Positions 51,854 to 64,000 of a stretch of 64,000 nt of DNA are shown piece after piece. The notes under the pieces are model-generated. The model made no database searches. It was not told the origin of the DNA and saw only the letters and a program-made list of their open reading frames with translations. The position numbers and the translations under genes are program-made. This DNA comes from Mobula hypostoma (lineage: Eukaryota). Location of the stretch: assembly GCF_963921235.1 (NCBI RefSeq), contig NC_086097.1, positions 41,108,001 through 41,172,000 on the forward strand, read 5' to 3'. Within the stretch, counting starts at the first letter, position 1; each line of letters starts with the position of its first letter.

Positions 51854-51987
51854 AAACACGAGATTCTACACTTGCTGGAAATCTAAAGTAACACATACAA
51901 GAATGCTGGAGGAACTCAGCAGGTCAGGCAGCATTTATGGAACTGCATAAAGAGTCAACATTTGGGCCAAGACGCTTCATCAGGACA
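51854..51987 (-). mobile_element. Short PLE repeat, degenerate hammerhead
   Basis: Minus strand GTCCTGATGAAGCGTCTTGGCCCAAATGTTGACTC followed by the family tail. Confidence 0.82.
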
Positions 51988-53518
51988 TTGATGATTTGCT
52001 CCAAGCACTTGTTAAATTCATCTTTCAATGTTCAATTTATATGCATAAGGATTTCAGTGTTCCCTTGATGATCTAAAGATTATTAATTGGTCTACTTCAG
52101 GTCTACCTGACAGATTAGCCTTTTTCTTAGTGTTGAAGGATCATTGGAGTATGGGATTGAATCAGGGCAGGTGATCATGTTTGGGGCTGCATTTCCTGGA
52201 AATCACTTTTTCCCTTCCCCTGCATGTAGCTAATGTTATCCCACTTTTTAAGCAAGGAGGGAGAGAGAAAACAGGCAATAATAGACCAGTTAGTCTGACA
52301 TCAGTGGTGGGGAAGATGCTGGAGTCAATTATAAGAGATGAAATAGTGGCATATTTAGATAGCAGTAGCAGGATAGGTCTGAGTCAGCGTGGATTTACAA
52401 AGGGGAAATCGTGCTTGACTAATCTTCTGGAATTTTTTTGAGGATGTAACTATGAAAATGGATATGGGAAAGCCAGTGAATGTAGTGTACCTGGACTTTC
52501 AGAAAGTCTTTGATAAGGTCCCACATAGGAGGTTAGTGGGCAAAATTAGAGCACATGGTATGTGGGTAGGGTACTGACATGGATAGAAAATTGGTTGGCA
52601 GACAAGAAACAAAGAGTAGGGATTAATGGGTCCTTTTCAGAATGGCAGGCAGTGACTAGTGGGGTACCGCAAGGCTCGGTGCTGAGACCACAGCTATTTA
52701 CAATTTACATTAATGATTTAGATGAAGGGACTAAAAGTAACATTAGCAAATTTGCAGATGACACAAAGCTGGGTGACAGTGTGAAATGTGAGGAGGATGT
52801 TATGAGAATACAGGGTGACTTGGACAGGTTGGGTGAGTGGGCAGATGAATGGCAGATGCAGTTTAATATGGATAAATGTGAGGTTATCCACTTTGGTGGC
52901 AAGAACAGGAAGGCAGATTACTATCTGAACGGTGTCAAGTTAAGAAAAGGGGAAGTACAACGAGATCTGGGTGTCCTTGTTCATCAGTCACTGAAAGTAA
53001 GCATACAGGTACAGCAGGCAATGAAGAAAGCTAACAGCATGTTGGCCTTCATAACAAGGGGAGTTGAGTATAGGAGCAAAGAGGTCTTTCTGCAGTTGTA
53101 CAAGGCCCGGGTGAGACCCTAGCTGGAGTATTGTGTGCAGTTTTGATCTCTCCAAATTTGACGAAGGACATTCTTGCTATGGAGGGAGTGCAGCATAGGT
53201 TCACTGGGTTAATTCCAGGGATGGTGGGAAAGTCATGTGTTGAAAGATTGGAGTGACTGGGCTTGTATACACTGGAATTTAGAAGGATGAGAGGAGATCT
53301 GATTGAAACATATAAGATTATTAAGGGATTGGACACGCTAGAGGCAGGAAACATGTTCCCGATGTTGGGGGAGTCCAGAACCAGAGGCCACAGTTTTAAG
53401 AATAAGGGGTAGACAATTTAGAAAGGAGTTGAGGAAAAACTTTTTCACTCGGAGGGTTGTGGATCTGTGGAATGCTCTGCCTAAGAAAGCAGTGGAGGCC
53501 AATTCTCTGGATTCTTTC

Positions 53519-54235
53519 GGATACCTCAGAGACGGGAAAAGATTCTTATCATATGCTTGTTTCATTACCAGGGCAAATTTTGATCTTTGTTCGATTATCT
53601 CTCTTGGATAATCTTCGTTGAAGCGGAGCTCAGATTCCATAAATCTAAAAATTCTGTTTTCTTGCCTGTCGTATTATTTGATCTTTAATTTTAAAGTGAT
53701 GAAAGCAAACCAGAACAGATCTTGGTTTACTAGAGTGCTTCGATTTCGAGATAAACGCCCTGTGTGCCCTTTCTATAGCAGGCGGCTTTGATTGAATGGT
53801 AGGAAATGAAGTGTGGAAAAGCTTACCAAAGTAAGCCGTTAGATCTCCATCTTCAGCTCCTTCCTGCAGCCCAACAATTCTTATATTCCTTCGTCGAGAC
53901 CTAGTTTCCAGGTCTATAATCTTATTTTGATATCTTTCCAAACGAGTTGTAGCTTCAGACAGCTTTTGCTTAGTTATCTTCAATTCCTCTTCGTGTGAAA
54001 TAACTTGAGTTTCCAGGTCTTTAAGTTTTCCCAGAAATGACTTCATTTCATTACTATTCTTTTCCAGTTGTTCTTTAATTGATCCATTCTGATCCTTAAT
54101 TGAATTCAGTGTCCGAACGATATCTTCAGCCCACGATGGCATTTCATCAGATCTTTCCTTTTGCACCTTTCCTTTCCCATTACCTTTATCACTAGCTTCA
54201 GGTAAATTCTTCCCACTTCTTGTTGACATAGACAT
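53519..54235 (-). pseudogene. L1 ORF1p (coiled coil, RRM, partial CTD) with one +1 frameshift
   Basis: DLETRSRRRNIRIVGLQEG, IERAHR, KPRSVLVCFHHFKIKDQII; removing one base from the homopolymer at 53647-53651 joins it to ESELRFNEDYPREIIEQRSKF...LFPSLRYP. Confidence 0.92.
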
Positions 54236-54359
54236 ATTGATCACCCTCAAGAGTCAATAAGTAAAAATTTTAAATTCAAAGCTTAAACTAGGGGGAAAGA
54301 AAGAAAACTAAGAGCAGCAGAAAAATACTGCTACTCCATTAGCAGACAGGCGGTCCTCC
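53519..54359 (-). mobile_element. L1-clade fragment: 5' UTR plus most of ORF1, 3'-truncated, 15-bp TSD
   Basis: Direct repeat TCTCTGGATTCTTTC at 53504-53518 and 54360-54374; insert starts GGAGGACCGCC on the minus strand. Confidence 0.92.
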
Positions 54360-54691
54360 TCTCTGGATTCTTTCAAGAAAAAGTTAGATAGAGCTCTTAA
54401 AGATAGTGGAGTCAAGGGATATGGAGAGAAGGCAGGAACAGGGTACTGATTGTGGATGATCGGCCATGATCACAGTGAATGGTGGTGCTGGCTCGAAGGG
54501 CCGAATGGCCTACTCCTGCACCTATTGTCTATTGTCTATTGTTCCATCTTCTCCATGTGAATTGTTTCTTCAGTGCTCTGTGACTGTACTTGAGTGATAG
54601 TCTTCAATTCTGCATGGTCTATTTATGTAGTTTCTTTCAGGGACTACACAAACTTTCAACATATGATTATGGGTGAAACTCACCTTGTCTA

Positions 54692-55175
54692 GACTCAGTG
54701 GCCACTTTATTAGGTACACCTGTCTATGTCATTAATGCAAACATCTAATCAGCCAATCATGTGGTAGCAACTCATTGCATAAAAGCATGCAGACATGGTC
54801 AAGAGGTTGAGCTGTTGTTCAGACTTAACATCAAATTGGAGAAGAAATGTGATCTAGGTGACTTTGACTGGGTATCTCAGAAACTGCTGTCTGCTGGGAT
54901 TTTCATGCACAACTCTCTCTAGAATTTATAGAGAATAGTGCAAAAAATTAAGTGAGTGGTAGTTCTGTAAGCAAAAGCACCATGTTAACAAGAGAGATCA
55001 GCGGAGAATAGCTAACAGGGAGGCAATAGTATTTCAAATGATCACATGTTATAACAGTGTTGGGCAGAGGAGCATCTCTGAAGTAACAACTCTTTTATCC
55101 TTGAAGTGGATGGCTACAGCAGCAGAAGAGCACACTGGGTTCTACTCCTGTACCTAATAAAGTGGCCACTGAGTG
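54692..55175. mobile_element. Tc1/mariner-type non-autonomous element
   Basis: TIRs ACTCAGTGGCCACTTTATTAGGTACA / TGTACCTAATAAAGTGGCCACTGAGT; TA on both flanks (54690-54691 and 55176-55177). Confidence 0.92.
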
Positions 55176-57099
55176 TATGCTTATATCTTGCTTTTTTCAA
55201 TTTCCTGATTCTTTTGCCAATCACCAGTTTTTAGACTTGTATATCTTTCTGGTCTGTACTAAGCATTTAACTATTCAGCATAATAAAACTATAAATTAAC
55301 TATATTTCCATTTTTTCCAGTGACAGAAAGCTAGGTAATGTTGGTAAGAAGTGTGGTGCAAAAATTATAGAAATAATGTTTAAAACTGCAGCAAATGGGT
55401 TTTAGCATGGTCAAGTGTAACGACTTTAGTCATAGATTTAGAATAGTAAAGGATAATTTGATAGAAGTTTTAAAATATAAAAGAAAGTTGAAGGTGGAAA
55501 TGTAGGAGAAATATTTCTATCAGTTTTGAACTTAAATAAACGGACTGAAAAGCCAGACTTTTCAAGAATAAAGACAGAAAAGTGCTGTGCATGGAAAAGA
55601 TTTTTAGAAATTTTGGAATCTTGAATTCAACCCCAACAGTTGATGTTAGATTAACTGTTAATTTTAAATCTAAATTTTAAAATGTATTGAAGGGTGTGAA
55701 GCAAAGATTTCAAGAAATATAAAGCAAAGGATAATAGATTCAGAGAGTTTGGCTAGTCATATCAGTTAATGTAATAGCTTTTATATCAGTATATGACATT
55801 CCAATCTCATTTCTATTTCCTATTATTGCATTATTCTGTTGCTTTTCTCAAATACTTTGGCACGTTTCTTGTTTTATTGTTTATATATTTTCTCCCTCAT
55901 TGATCTCATGTGCTAAAACATTCCATGTTGCATTCACTCTCTGTGAAGACATTTTTTTGGTGTCCTTTTGTTTGCTAATTGCTACAGATGGTCTTGTTAT
56001 TTAACCTCAAAGCTTTCATGATTTTGGATGTATTTGGGAAACTTTCCGGTAAAGGAGTCACAAGTTACTGAATAAACAGCAGGATCTCAACCATGATCAG
56101 CTGATAGTATTGCCATCAGAGATGTGAGATTTTCTCCATATAGCAACTCCTAGTTAAATGCAGAAAGCAACCATACTATTCAGGGCTTGTTTCAACCTTA
56201 CTGACGTCTTTAATTCCACTAATCAGCAGGGACTGTGGGAAAGCCCTCCTCAAATTCAGCTGCCCACAGAAACATAGAAACATAGAAATCTACAGCACAT
56301 TATAGGCCCTTCAGCCCACAATGTTGTGCTGACCATGTAACCTATTCCAGAAACTGCCTAGAACTTCCCTACTGCATAGCCCTCTATTTTTGTAAGCTCC
56401 ATATGCCTATCTAAGAGTCTCCTAAAAGACCTTTAATTTGTCACCTCTTTTTATTTTTCAACAATGGTATGTTAGCAGTGATGTTAATCAATCAGCCCGT
56501 AACAGAGTCAATCCCAGTGAAGACCTGGCTCAAACGAATCTTTGCCACTGCCCAATCAGTTTTCTCAACATTTCTCTCGGAATATCACACTTCACCACAG
56601 ACTGATTTCCCATGAAAGTAGAGCTAATCATCAATCCCTGTGGGAAACTATTAACCAAATGATGGCTACACTCTAGGACCAAGGTAACTCCAAACTCAGT
56701 AACTGAGCTGCCATATGTAAATGATACCTGCTTTTTAGCTCCATTCATTGCTAACTTACCCATTTTTCACATTCGCGATGACAGGCCTCACAGTCAATAT
56801 CTGCAATGGAAAGGTTCCCTTCCAATCTGACCCAAATCCACTGCATCATCTGACGATGTAAGTTTAAGTCTTTGACCATTTTCCAAATCCCTGGGGGTGC
56901 AACTTAATAATGAATTTTAATATCATCATCAGTACCCCAGCAGATCCTTTAAATGATTAAGGATAAGGGTGTTTGAAGATTAAAGCCATAGATCTGGCAC
57001 AGAAACTCATGCTCTCCTAGACAACAATGCTTCCTACATTCCTGTCTTTCTGACACCTAGACCTCTTATGGCCAAGCACTTAAAGACTCGTAAAATAAA

Positions 57100-57650
57100 C
57101 TAACAATTGCCTTCTCTGCAAAGTCCTCCAAAATCACTTGAAGAACAAGCAAAGCAATGCCAGCTTTCTCTTCCATGCCACTGAAACAGCTAATACTTCA
57201 GGATGGTTCTGTTGGTCAGGCCATGTTGTTAATATTCCATTCAGCATGATCCTGAAAGATGCAAGCAAGTCTGAGCCCCAGCGCAGGAAAAGGTTACCAG
57301 AAATATGGATGAAAATATTCACAAAGATACGCTTGAAGAAATACAATATCCTTACTCATCTCTTTGCTATCCTGGACAAAAACTGCTCAAAGGAGTTGAA
57401 GGAACATTTGGAATAGTTTTGAGAATTCACATCAAGTATCAGAAATTCACAGAAGCTTTACATGCGTGGCAGAAGGGATACACCATCTCACAAAATACCT
57501 GTCCAGCCACCTTAACAGTCACACCCTTAACCTACTCTATGGAAGAGATTGCAATTCCCATGATGACCTTATCAGCGCCCACAAAACCAGAATGGAAGCA
57601 AGTTATCCTCCATCCTGGAAGACTGCCGAGGAAGGAATAATTTCACGGAT
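57100..57650 (+). mobile_element. Old RTE-clade LINE 3' remnant
   Basis: CWSGHVV...KDTLEEI / LKKYNI resembles the RTE C-terminal LRWxGHVxR...KDxLK pattern; heavily degraded. Confidence 0.5.
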
Positions 57651-58044
57651 TCTTAAAACTTGGAGGCAGCTGCAGTGAATCGTTGAATCTGAAATAACCA
57701 GCATTCAGTTGAACGCACTGTACAGAGTAATAAGTGGCACATCTCTAAGATAATGGTCCTCTACCAGCCTCCCTCAACCACATTACATTACCTTTTGACA
57801 ATGAGACTTCGTAGACTGAGAGACCCTTTTATGCATTTTCAAGTGGAAGATTGAAGCTAATAAGTACTTGGATATTTCAATAATGTATTGGGGATGTTTT
57901 AAAGTGGGATAAGCATAAAATACATTAGAAATACAGCAAGATACATGCAATTTATTTTACCAACTGATAAATTATACAGTATATATATAGAACTACCCAG
58001 ATTTAGTCAAGGTAGTTATGTAAAGCTTATCATATTCCTCTGTG

Positions 58045-58880
58045 TGATGATGAGGCTGCATACAGAAAAGAGGTAGAGAGACTTGTCACATGGTATGAGA
58101 ACAACAACCTGAGTCTTAATGTGAACAAGGCAAAAAGGATGATTGTGGACTTCAAGAAAGTGCAAGTTGACCTCTCTCCATTACACGACAATAGCTTTGC
58201 CATGGAGAGAGTAAACAGTACGAAGTCCTATAGTGCATATAATGGACGATATAGCCTGGACCCAGAACACTGCCTTATTACTCAAGAAGGCACAACAGCA
58301 TATATACTACCTGAGGAGATTGAGGTGGGTAAGGCTCCCTGCCCCCTTTCTAATAACCTTCTACAGGAGCACCGTTCTCTGTACAATTGTGTGGTACAGA
58401 AGCTGCAAATCATCGGACCGCAAGACCCAACAGATGACAGTAAAAACCACCAAGTGGATCACAAAAATCTCCCTCCCCCTATTTGTAACATTTGCTAGGA
58501 GCATTGTATACGAAGGGCATGAAGTATTATCAAGGACACCTACCACCCATCCCACAATCTTATTGACCCACTACTGTCAGGAAGGAGGCGCAGGAGCAGA
58601 AGGACTAGGACTGCCATACTGGGTAACAGATTCTTCCCTCAGGGTGTGAGACTAATGAATACCCTACCACCACTTGTCACTAAGAGGGCAGGCTGTTTAC
58701 TGTTTACTTGTGCTGTGCACTGCACTACGTGCATTTTGAATGATATTTTATTAATTTATTTATGGAAATAAGTTATGTGCTGTGTGTGATATATGTTTTG
58801 TGAGTGCACTGTGGTCCAGAGGAACATTGTTTCGTTTGGTTGTATATATGTCCAGGCAGTTGACAATAAACTCGAACTCG
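58045..58880 (+). mobile_element. Rex1/Babar-like LINE fragment
   Basis: NKAKRMIVDFKK...KKAQQHIYYLRRLR...TFYRS...VWYRSC; tail ACAATAAACTCGAACTCG. Confidence 0.82.
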
Positions 58881-60225
58881 TGAATCATTTTCTGTAAGTA
58901 GTTTGGGACAAATCGTTTTAAACATTAATAAATTTATGCCCATTTATTTGTACATGGAGCATTCAAAAGACTGAATTTAGATTGTGTAACCAGAAGTGAC
59001 TGTTATACTTCATGGTTAATTCTGCAGTAGCTGTCACTTGTAAAACCAACAAGCAGAGTTGTGACAGACGTCGCTGGGAAGTCCGTTACTTTTCTGGTAG
59101 GAATAGAAGTTGCTTTCTCTCCAGCAATCCTATGAATTTTATTGCATATTGGAAAGCAAATAGTAAGTTCAATATCAAGAGTTCCTATGCTCATACTAAT
59201 GTTCTGTAGGATAATCAAGTTTTATTTTGGCTATAGAATTTGTTTGTAAGTGCTGCAAACTGATTGATAAACACAAATCTCTTGGTAGTAGTTTTCCTCA
59301 CTCCCATCAGTATTTGCTAAAGTTTATGAATTCACGTGGTTGTTGTGAGTTTGAATTCACATGATTGCTGTAGGCTTCCTTTTATTTATTCATTTTTCAA
59401 TTTTCCCCAGATTATCCTACAGAAGGTTTGGGTGATGCACTCTTGCATTTAACCCCTGCAATCATTCTGGTGAAGGCACACCCACAATGTTGTTAGATAG
59501 GGAGATCCTACGTTGTGATGGTATGTGCCTTATGGTATTTTAAAACAAAAAGAGTTTCAGGGGAAGAGGTGAGCTGGCAGCAGGAGACATTTACTTACTA
59601 GCATGCAGGGAGAGAGCTCTTACTATTAAAAGACTCCCAGCAATTCATTAGTCGTACTTGTGCTATCAGGAATTGATGTGACTGACAATATACTCTGTCC
59701 ATTTTTGATCCATGTCTTATGCATATTATATATGCATTATTATCTCACATGTACTGGTAAATAAATTGAAAATTCATAGCAGGAGGGTTTAGCAGAATAA
59801 ACTTCAGCAATCTCATTAACCCTGACAAAATTATTTTAACAGTGAATTTTAAAACCTGACACATAGTTATAACAGAATATACTTGAAGTCCTTAGTAAAC
59901 TATTTTATATTTCTAATCAGGAGGGACATTGTAGGTGGAGGTGTCCCCCTGTATCTGATGTACTTATCCTCTTCAACAGTCGAGGTCGCAGATTAGTAAA
60001 CTGGTACTGATGTCGGTTAAGCAAGCAATCACAATGCATGTTATGGATGGCATCTATTGCAAAGATGGCGCAATGATGGTGAAGACATTGGCTGTATAAG
60101 GTGCGGGAAAGCATGCCAAGCAGGCTGGCTACATGGTGCAGGAAGGGTTTTGGTTTTCTAGAGTGTTTTTGTAGCTGCGTTCATCCAAGTATCTCTTTAC
60201 GGTTCTGACATTTGCCTTGTAATTA

Positions 60226-60939
60226 TGTGTAGACCCCCCCCCCCCGGCCAGCCTCCGGGTCGCTCGGCTCGCTGTTGTCTAGGGAAACAGTCCTTGGCCC
60301 CGCCAAACTGGGTAATTAGTTTGTGTGGATGCTGTGTGATGTACCCCACACTGCCCAAATAACAGACAATACACCAGATACGATTAAATGAATTACAGTT
60401 TATAGATATTATTGGAACTATATAATTAATAGAGATAAAATATAACAGGAAGATAAAAGGCGCCACACATCAAAGTTCAATCTCTTCGTGCACAAACAGT
60501 TGGAGCTCGGGACCCTCCTTCTTCACCCTGTGATCCCCTCGGACCACCTCAACCTGCTGCCTGGGACCAACAACGGTGGTTCACTAGACGCTCCATACGA
60601 GTCTGTCTCCACCTCCTCTCCTCGCCGAACACCCTGGACCTCGGATTCCTGTTCGGGGTCTGACCCTGTCAGCCGACTCACAGCACCTTGTCCATCCTCT
60701 CCCCCTCTCTCGCACCTTCTGCCCAAAAACCCACGCATCACAATAACTTACTGACACACAGAAAGAAGAACATCTATCCCAATTGGTTCTCTCATCCTCT
60801 TATCAATAACATAATCCAAACAAACTGCTAGTGGGAGGACTTTCTCAGCAATTAACATAACAAAGAATCCATTTCAATTATAACAAAGAACCCATTTTAG
60901 TTAGCCTATGCAGTAACATAAAAGAAGAAACCCCTTACA
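60226..60939. mobile_element. Solo LTR (Gypsy-like, tentative)
   Basis: TG...TTACA termini, near-TSD ATTA / ATTG, CpG-rich relative to the flanks; the host repeat reads through when the insert is removed. Confidence 0.7.
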
Positions 60940-62869
60940 ATTGGAAAGGCTTTTAATTATCAGGAGGTGAGTCTTTCACTTGAGACGCGGCCTTTGAACT
61001 GTCTTTAGTAGTTTACAGTACGTATAGAGTCATCAAGTTGTACAGCAGAGACATGGGTTCTATGACCCACCACATCTCTGCCAATTATTTTGCACTTCAC
61101 CAGTATTAGTATAGTATCTTTCTAAGCCTTGTCTATTTGTGTTTGTCTAAATGCTTCTTAAGTATAGTAGTTGTATTTGATTCTGCCACCTCTTCTTGCA
61201 GTATATTCCAAATATCAACCACTCTCTTTGTAAAAATTATTTTCCTCACAACCCCATTAGAACTCCTTCCTTTCATAATACAGGCTAGTGAGGGGTTATG
61301 TTTTCTAGCTGAGGTTTGCCTTGATGTCATGCAGCTCTGTGGATGCTGGAGTCAATGTTGAGGACTCTCAGGACCACTCACTCCCACCTCTATACTATTT
61401 TGCACTCTCTTTGAGTCTGTGCTGCAATAAAAGAGGGTGAACTCGGACATTGTGATGGAGAATTCTGGCATGTTGCCTGTTATGTGTTCAGTGATTACTG
61501 TGAGTCAGCCTATTGAATAGCCACACCTATTTAAACACAAGTCCCTGTGTTTTATTTTGCAGCTTGACTGGGCACAGGAAGATCAGCCGTGTCTGCAATC
61601 AGTGTCTGACATTAGAAGAGGAATATACTATTGACCCTTCATGCTTGCTGAGCGATTGAACACAATCATGGCTGATTTTTTTTTTACCTCGGCAAGCATT
61701 GGAGCCCAGTGGTTTCTCCATTATATCACTTATCTGTTTTATGGCAATGTTTGTGATATGACTAAATGGCTTGCTGGGCCATTTCAGAGGGTATGCAGGG
61801 GACAGATGTCCTCCCATGAAGGATATTAGAATATCAACGTCACACTTACAGATTTTTCTCACAGACTTGGACCTGGAGTACAGACAGCACTACAGGCAGG
61901 TTGTCTTATGAGGAAAGGCTGGGTCTGCATTTGACTGATATACTGTACATTTCTGAAGGATCTTGAAAGGATGGTGGCTTCTTCCTGTGGGAGAATCTGG
62001 AACTAGCGGTCCCTACCCACCATTATAGGGCGACTGATTTAAGATGGGGGTAAAGTAGATATGCGGAAACGTGAGTAGATTTTAAAAAATGAAACCTGAA
62101 ATTATAACCAACTACATCTCTGGAGATGTAAAAAGAGTCAATGTTTCATGTCAGTGACCAAAACTTTTTAATTTCAGATTTATCGCAGCTATAGTATTTT
62201 CAGATAATGATTCAGATTTTTCCACCTCCTCCACATCAATGCTTTGACGTTTCACTTGCTCCATTACCAACCGCTTCCATCGTGAAGATCATTTGTTTCA
62301 GTTGTTAATTAGGGGCGCCGAGGAAGAGACCAGTGCTGAAGAGTAAGCTTGCTGCTGAGCTGGCAGGCGCTGAAAGGGGCCAGGGAAATGAGGTTATTGT
62401 AGATTGCTTGACTGAAATCTGACCGCATAAACCGCAGGACTGAATGGCCACATTCTATCCTGCCATGTTTCAGCATAATTAGGGAATAAAATGCAAATGT
62501 ATACCTCTACGCATGCAAATGTTATGAAGTTATTATATACGTCGGCACCTCTGAGAGCATGCTGTTTCCACTAAGAGGTAATAGTGCCAGCACAATGCAA
62601 TTCCCTCCTCACTGCAGAGAGAATTACGGCAGGACAAGTGAAGCTTTGGAAAGCGATGAGACATTTGAATGTATTTCAATTGTAAATTAATCTCCCATTG
62701 CTGAAATAATTAAAAATAAGGGTCCTGCAAATGATTAGTCATATCTCTAGAGGGAGAAACTTGGTTACTGTCTTAAGTCACAGATATTTCATATAGAATC
62801 AGAATCAGTTTTATTATCACTGATGTATGTTATGAAATATGTTGCTTTCCAGCTGTAGCACAATCGAAT

Positions 62870-63110
62870 AAATCAGAGGTCCATGAACCTGTCCTCATTA
62901 CGGGAACAGAGTTGGAGAGGGTCAGTAACTTGGTATTATCAACTCAAAGGATCTGTCCTGGGACCAGCACATTAGTGTCATCATGCAGAAGGCACTGCAG
63001 TGCCTCTACTTCCCTAGAAATTTGCACAAATTTGGCATGTAGTATAAAACTTTGACAAAGTTCTACAGGTGCACAGTGGAGAGCATCCTGACTGTTGCAT
63101 AATGGCTTGG
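62870..63110 (+). mobile_element. Rex1/Babar-like fragment
   Basis: GGATCTGTCCTGGGACCAGCAC...TTCTACAGGTGCACAGTGGAGAGCATCCTGACTG (FYRCTVESILT). Confidence 0.8.
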
Positions 63111-63970
63111 CTCCATGTGACCTATAATATGTAAAGACCTGTAAATAAAGCAAAAGTGAAGCTAATGGCTCACTTTTTAAAGTGCTGCTGCAGACCCTAA
63201 ATATTTTCACTGAAGAAGGAACAACAGTACCTTCTCATACTGACGAGCTTCTGAGCACAGATAGAACAAGCATTTAGACAATTGCTTCAAGGCAAACACT
63301 TTTCTCTTGTATATAACTGTAACAGACAAGGAACAGTAACCTTACTTCAGCAAGCAATTCATAGCCTTTCTTTAGGTTCTGCTGTCAAAGTGATATATAA
63401 GGAAGAGTCCTGTAAACAGAAGCCAAAAGCTCCAGCACACATTTTCTGCTTTTGAAATATGCAGTTCGGTTCTTTCAGCAATCACCGCATAAGAATTGTC
63501 TTCTCTGAATTTTAATGACAATTAGAGAAGATTATTATATTATCATATTTCTTAACTGGTACCACTGTGAAAGCAAACTCTAATTTCACTGTTCTCTATT
63601 TTACATGGTTCCATTTCCTACTGTTGCATTTTCCAAGAAAACCAAACAAATAATTGACTCAAGAAGGAAGCTAAGGGAATGCACCTTAACAGTGTGTCTC
63701 TCACAACCTTTGGATGGCTCTGTAATTCTCAGACATTGAATTACTTGCTAAGTGCAGCCAGCTTCTTCTCTACAGCAGTGGCAGTAACTAATTTATGCAG
63801 TATGACTAACTTGAATCAGATTTTCTCAGAATTGGAAAGTTCCTCTGACGGTATGCTTTTCGGTAATTCAATCAATACTTTATTCCTTCTGTCTAGTGCA
63901 GTCCAGGGGATTAATGAAAGTACTTGCTCGTTAATGATGAAAGGCTGGGTCCTTAAGGTTCATTTGGGGG

Positions 63971-64000
63971 TGTTACGTACCCCGTAACTGGGTTGCCAAA
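63971..64000. mobile_element. Possible start of an LTR at the window edge
   Basis: TGTTACGTACCCCGTAAC begins with an LTR-like TGTTA and a shift to CpG-containing sequence; only 30 bp visible. Confidence 0.3.

Larger units (their letters stand above)
52226..54542 (+). mobile_element. CR1-clade LINE, 5'-truncated, interrupted by an L1 fragment
   Basis: ANVIPLFKQG...PVSLTSVVGKMLE, VTSGVPQGSVLRPQLFTIYINDLD...SKFADDTKLG; (CTATTGT)3 tail. Confidence 0.95.

Noticed and set aside
9638..51987. Recurring GCAGGCCAGGCAGCATC repeats as a CRISPR-like array
   Set aside because: Dispersed, in both orientations, irregular spacing, no spacers or cas genes; explained as PLE terminal repeats.
53338..53640. 100-aa ORF as an L1-CR1 fusion protein
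   Set aside because: After LRYP it reads antisense CR1 across the insertion junction; a junction artefact.
55300..55340. Micro-exon candidate (TTTTCCAG-TGACAGAAAGCTAG-GTAATG; similar at 34604-34636)
   Set aside because: Both resemble the decayed CR1 DDTKLG sequence, and 55300-55800 looks like an old CR1; no gene context.
62070..62200. Possible very old PLE tail (GAGTCAATGTTTCATGTCAGTGACC)
   Set aside because: Too degraded; no CTGANGA box, so it was not counted as a ribozyme copy.

Overview
Repeat-dense eukaryotic DNA. No host protein-coding exon, rRNA, tRNA gene or CRISPR array could be supported. The repeat mix (CR1 LINEs, Rex1/Babar LINEs, V-domain tRNA-SINEs, Neptune-type Penelope elements) suggests a cartilaginous fish intron or intergenic region; this is inference. 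Almost every ORF in the track is a retroelement fragment or noise. The most notable system is a Penelope-like element (PLE) family present in about 15 copies whose 3' repeat carries a minimal type I hammerhead ribozyme (AGUC-CUGAYGA-helix II-GAAACGUC|GACU). One copy keeps an open GIY-YIG frame missed by the ORF track, several form inverted pairs, and one begins exactly at the predicted self-cleavage site. Hammerheads in PLEs are known in general, so this is a local instance rather than a new class. Also found: a 2.9 kb Academ-like DNA transposon with long TIRs and a 3-bp TSD; an 841-bp 5'-intact, 3'-truncated L1 (ORF1 only) with a 15-bp TSD; a four-level nest (Rex1 > hAT > hAT > ribozyme repeat); an R4/Dong endonuclease fragment in a TAA-like tract; a 313-bp foldback; a Tc1-type MITE; and a solo LTR. 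Boundaries of degraded repeats are approximate. Family names come from motif recognition, not database searches.
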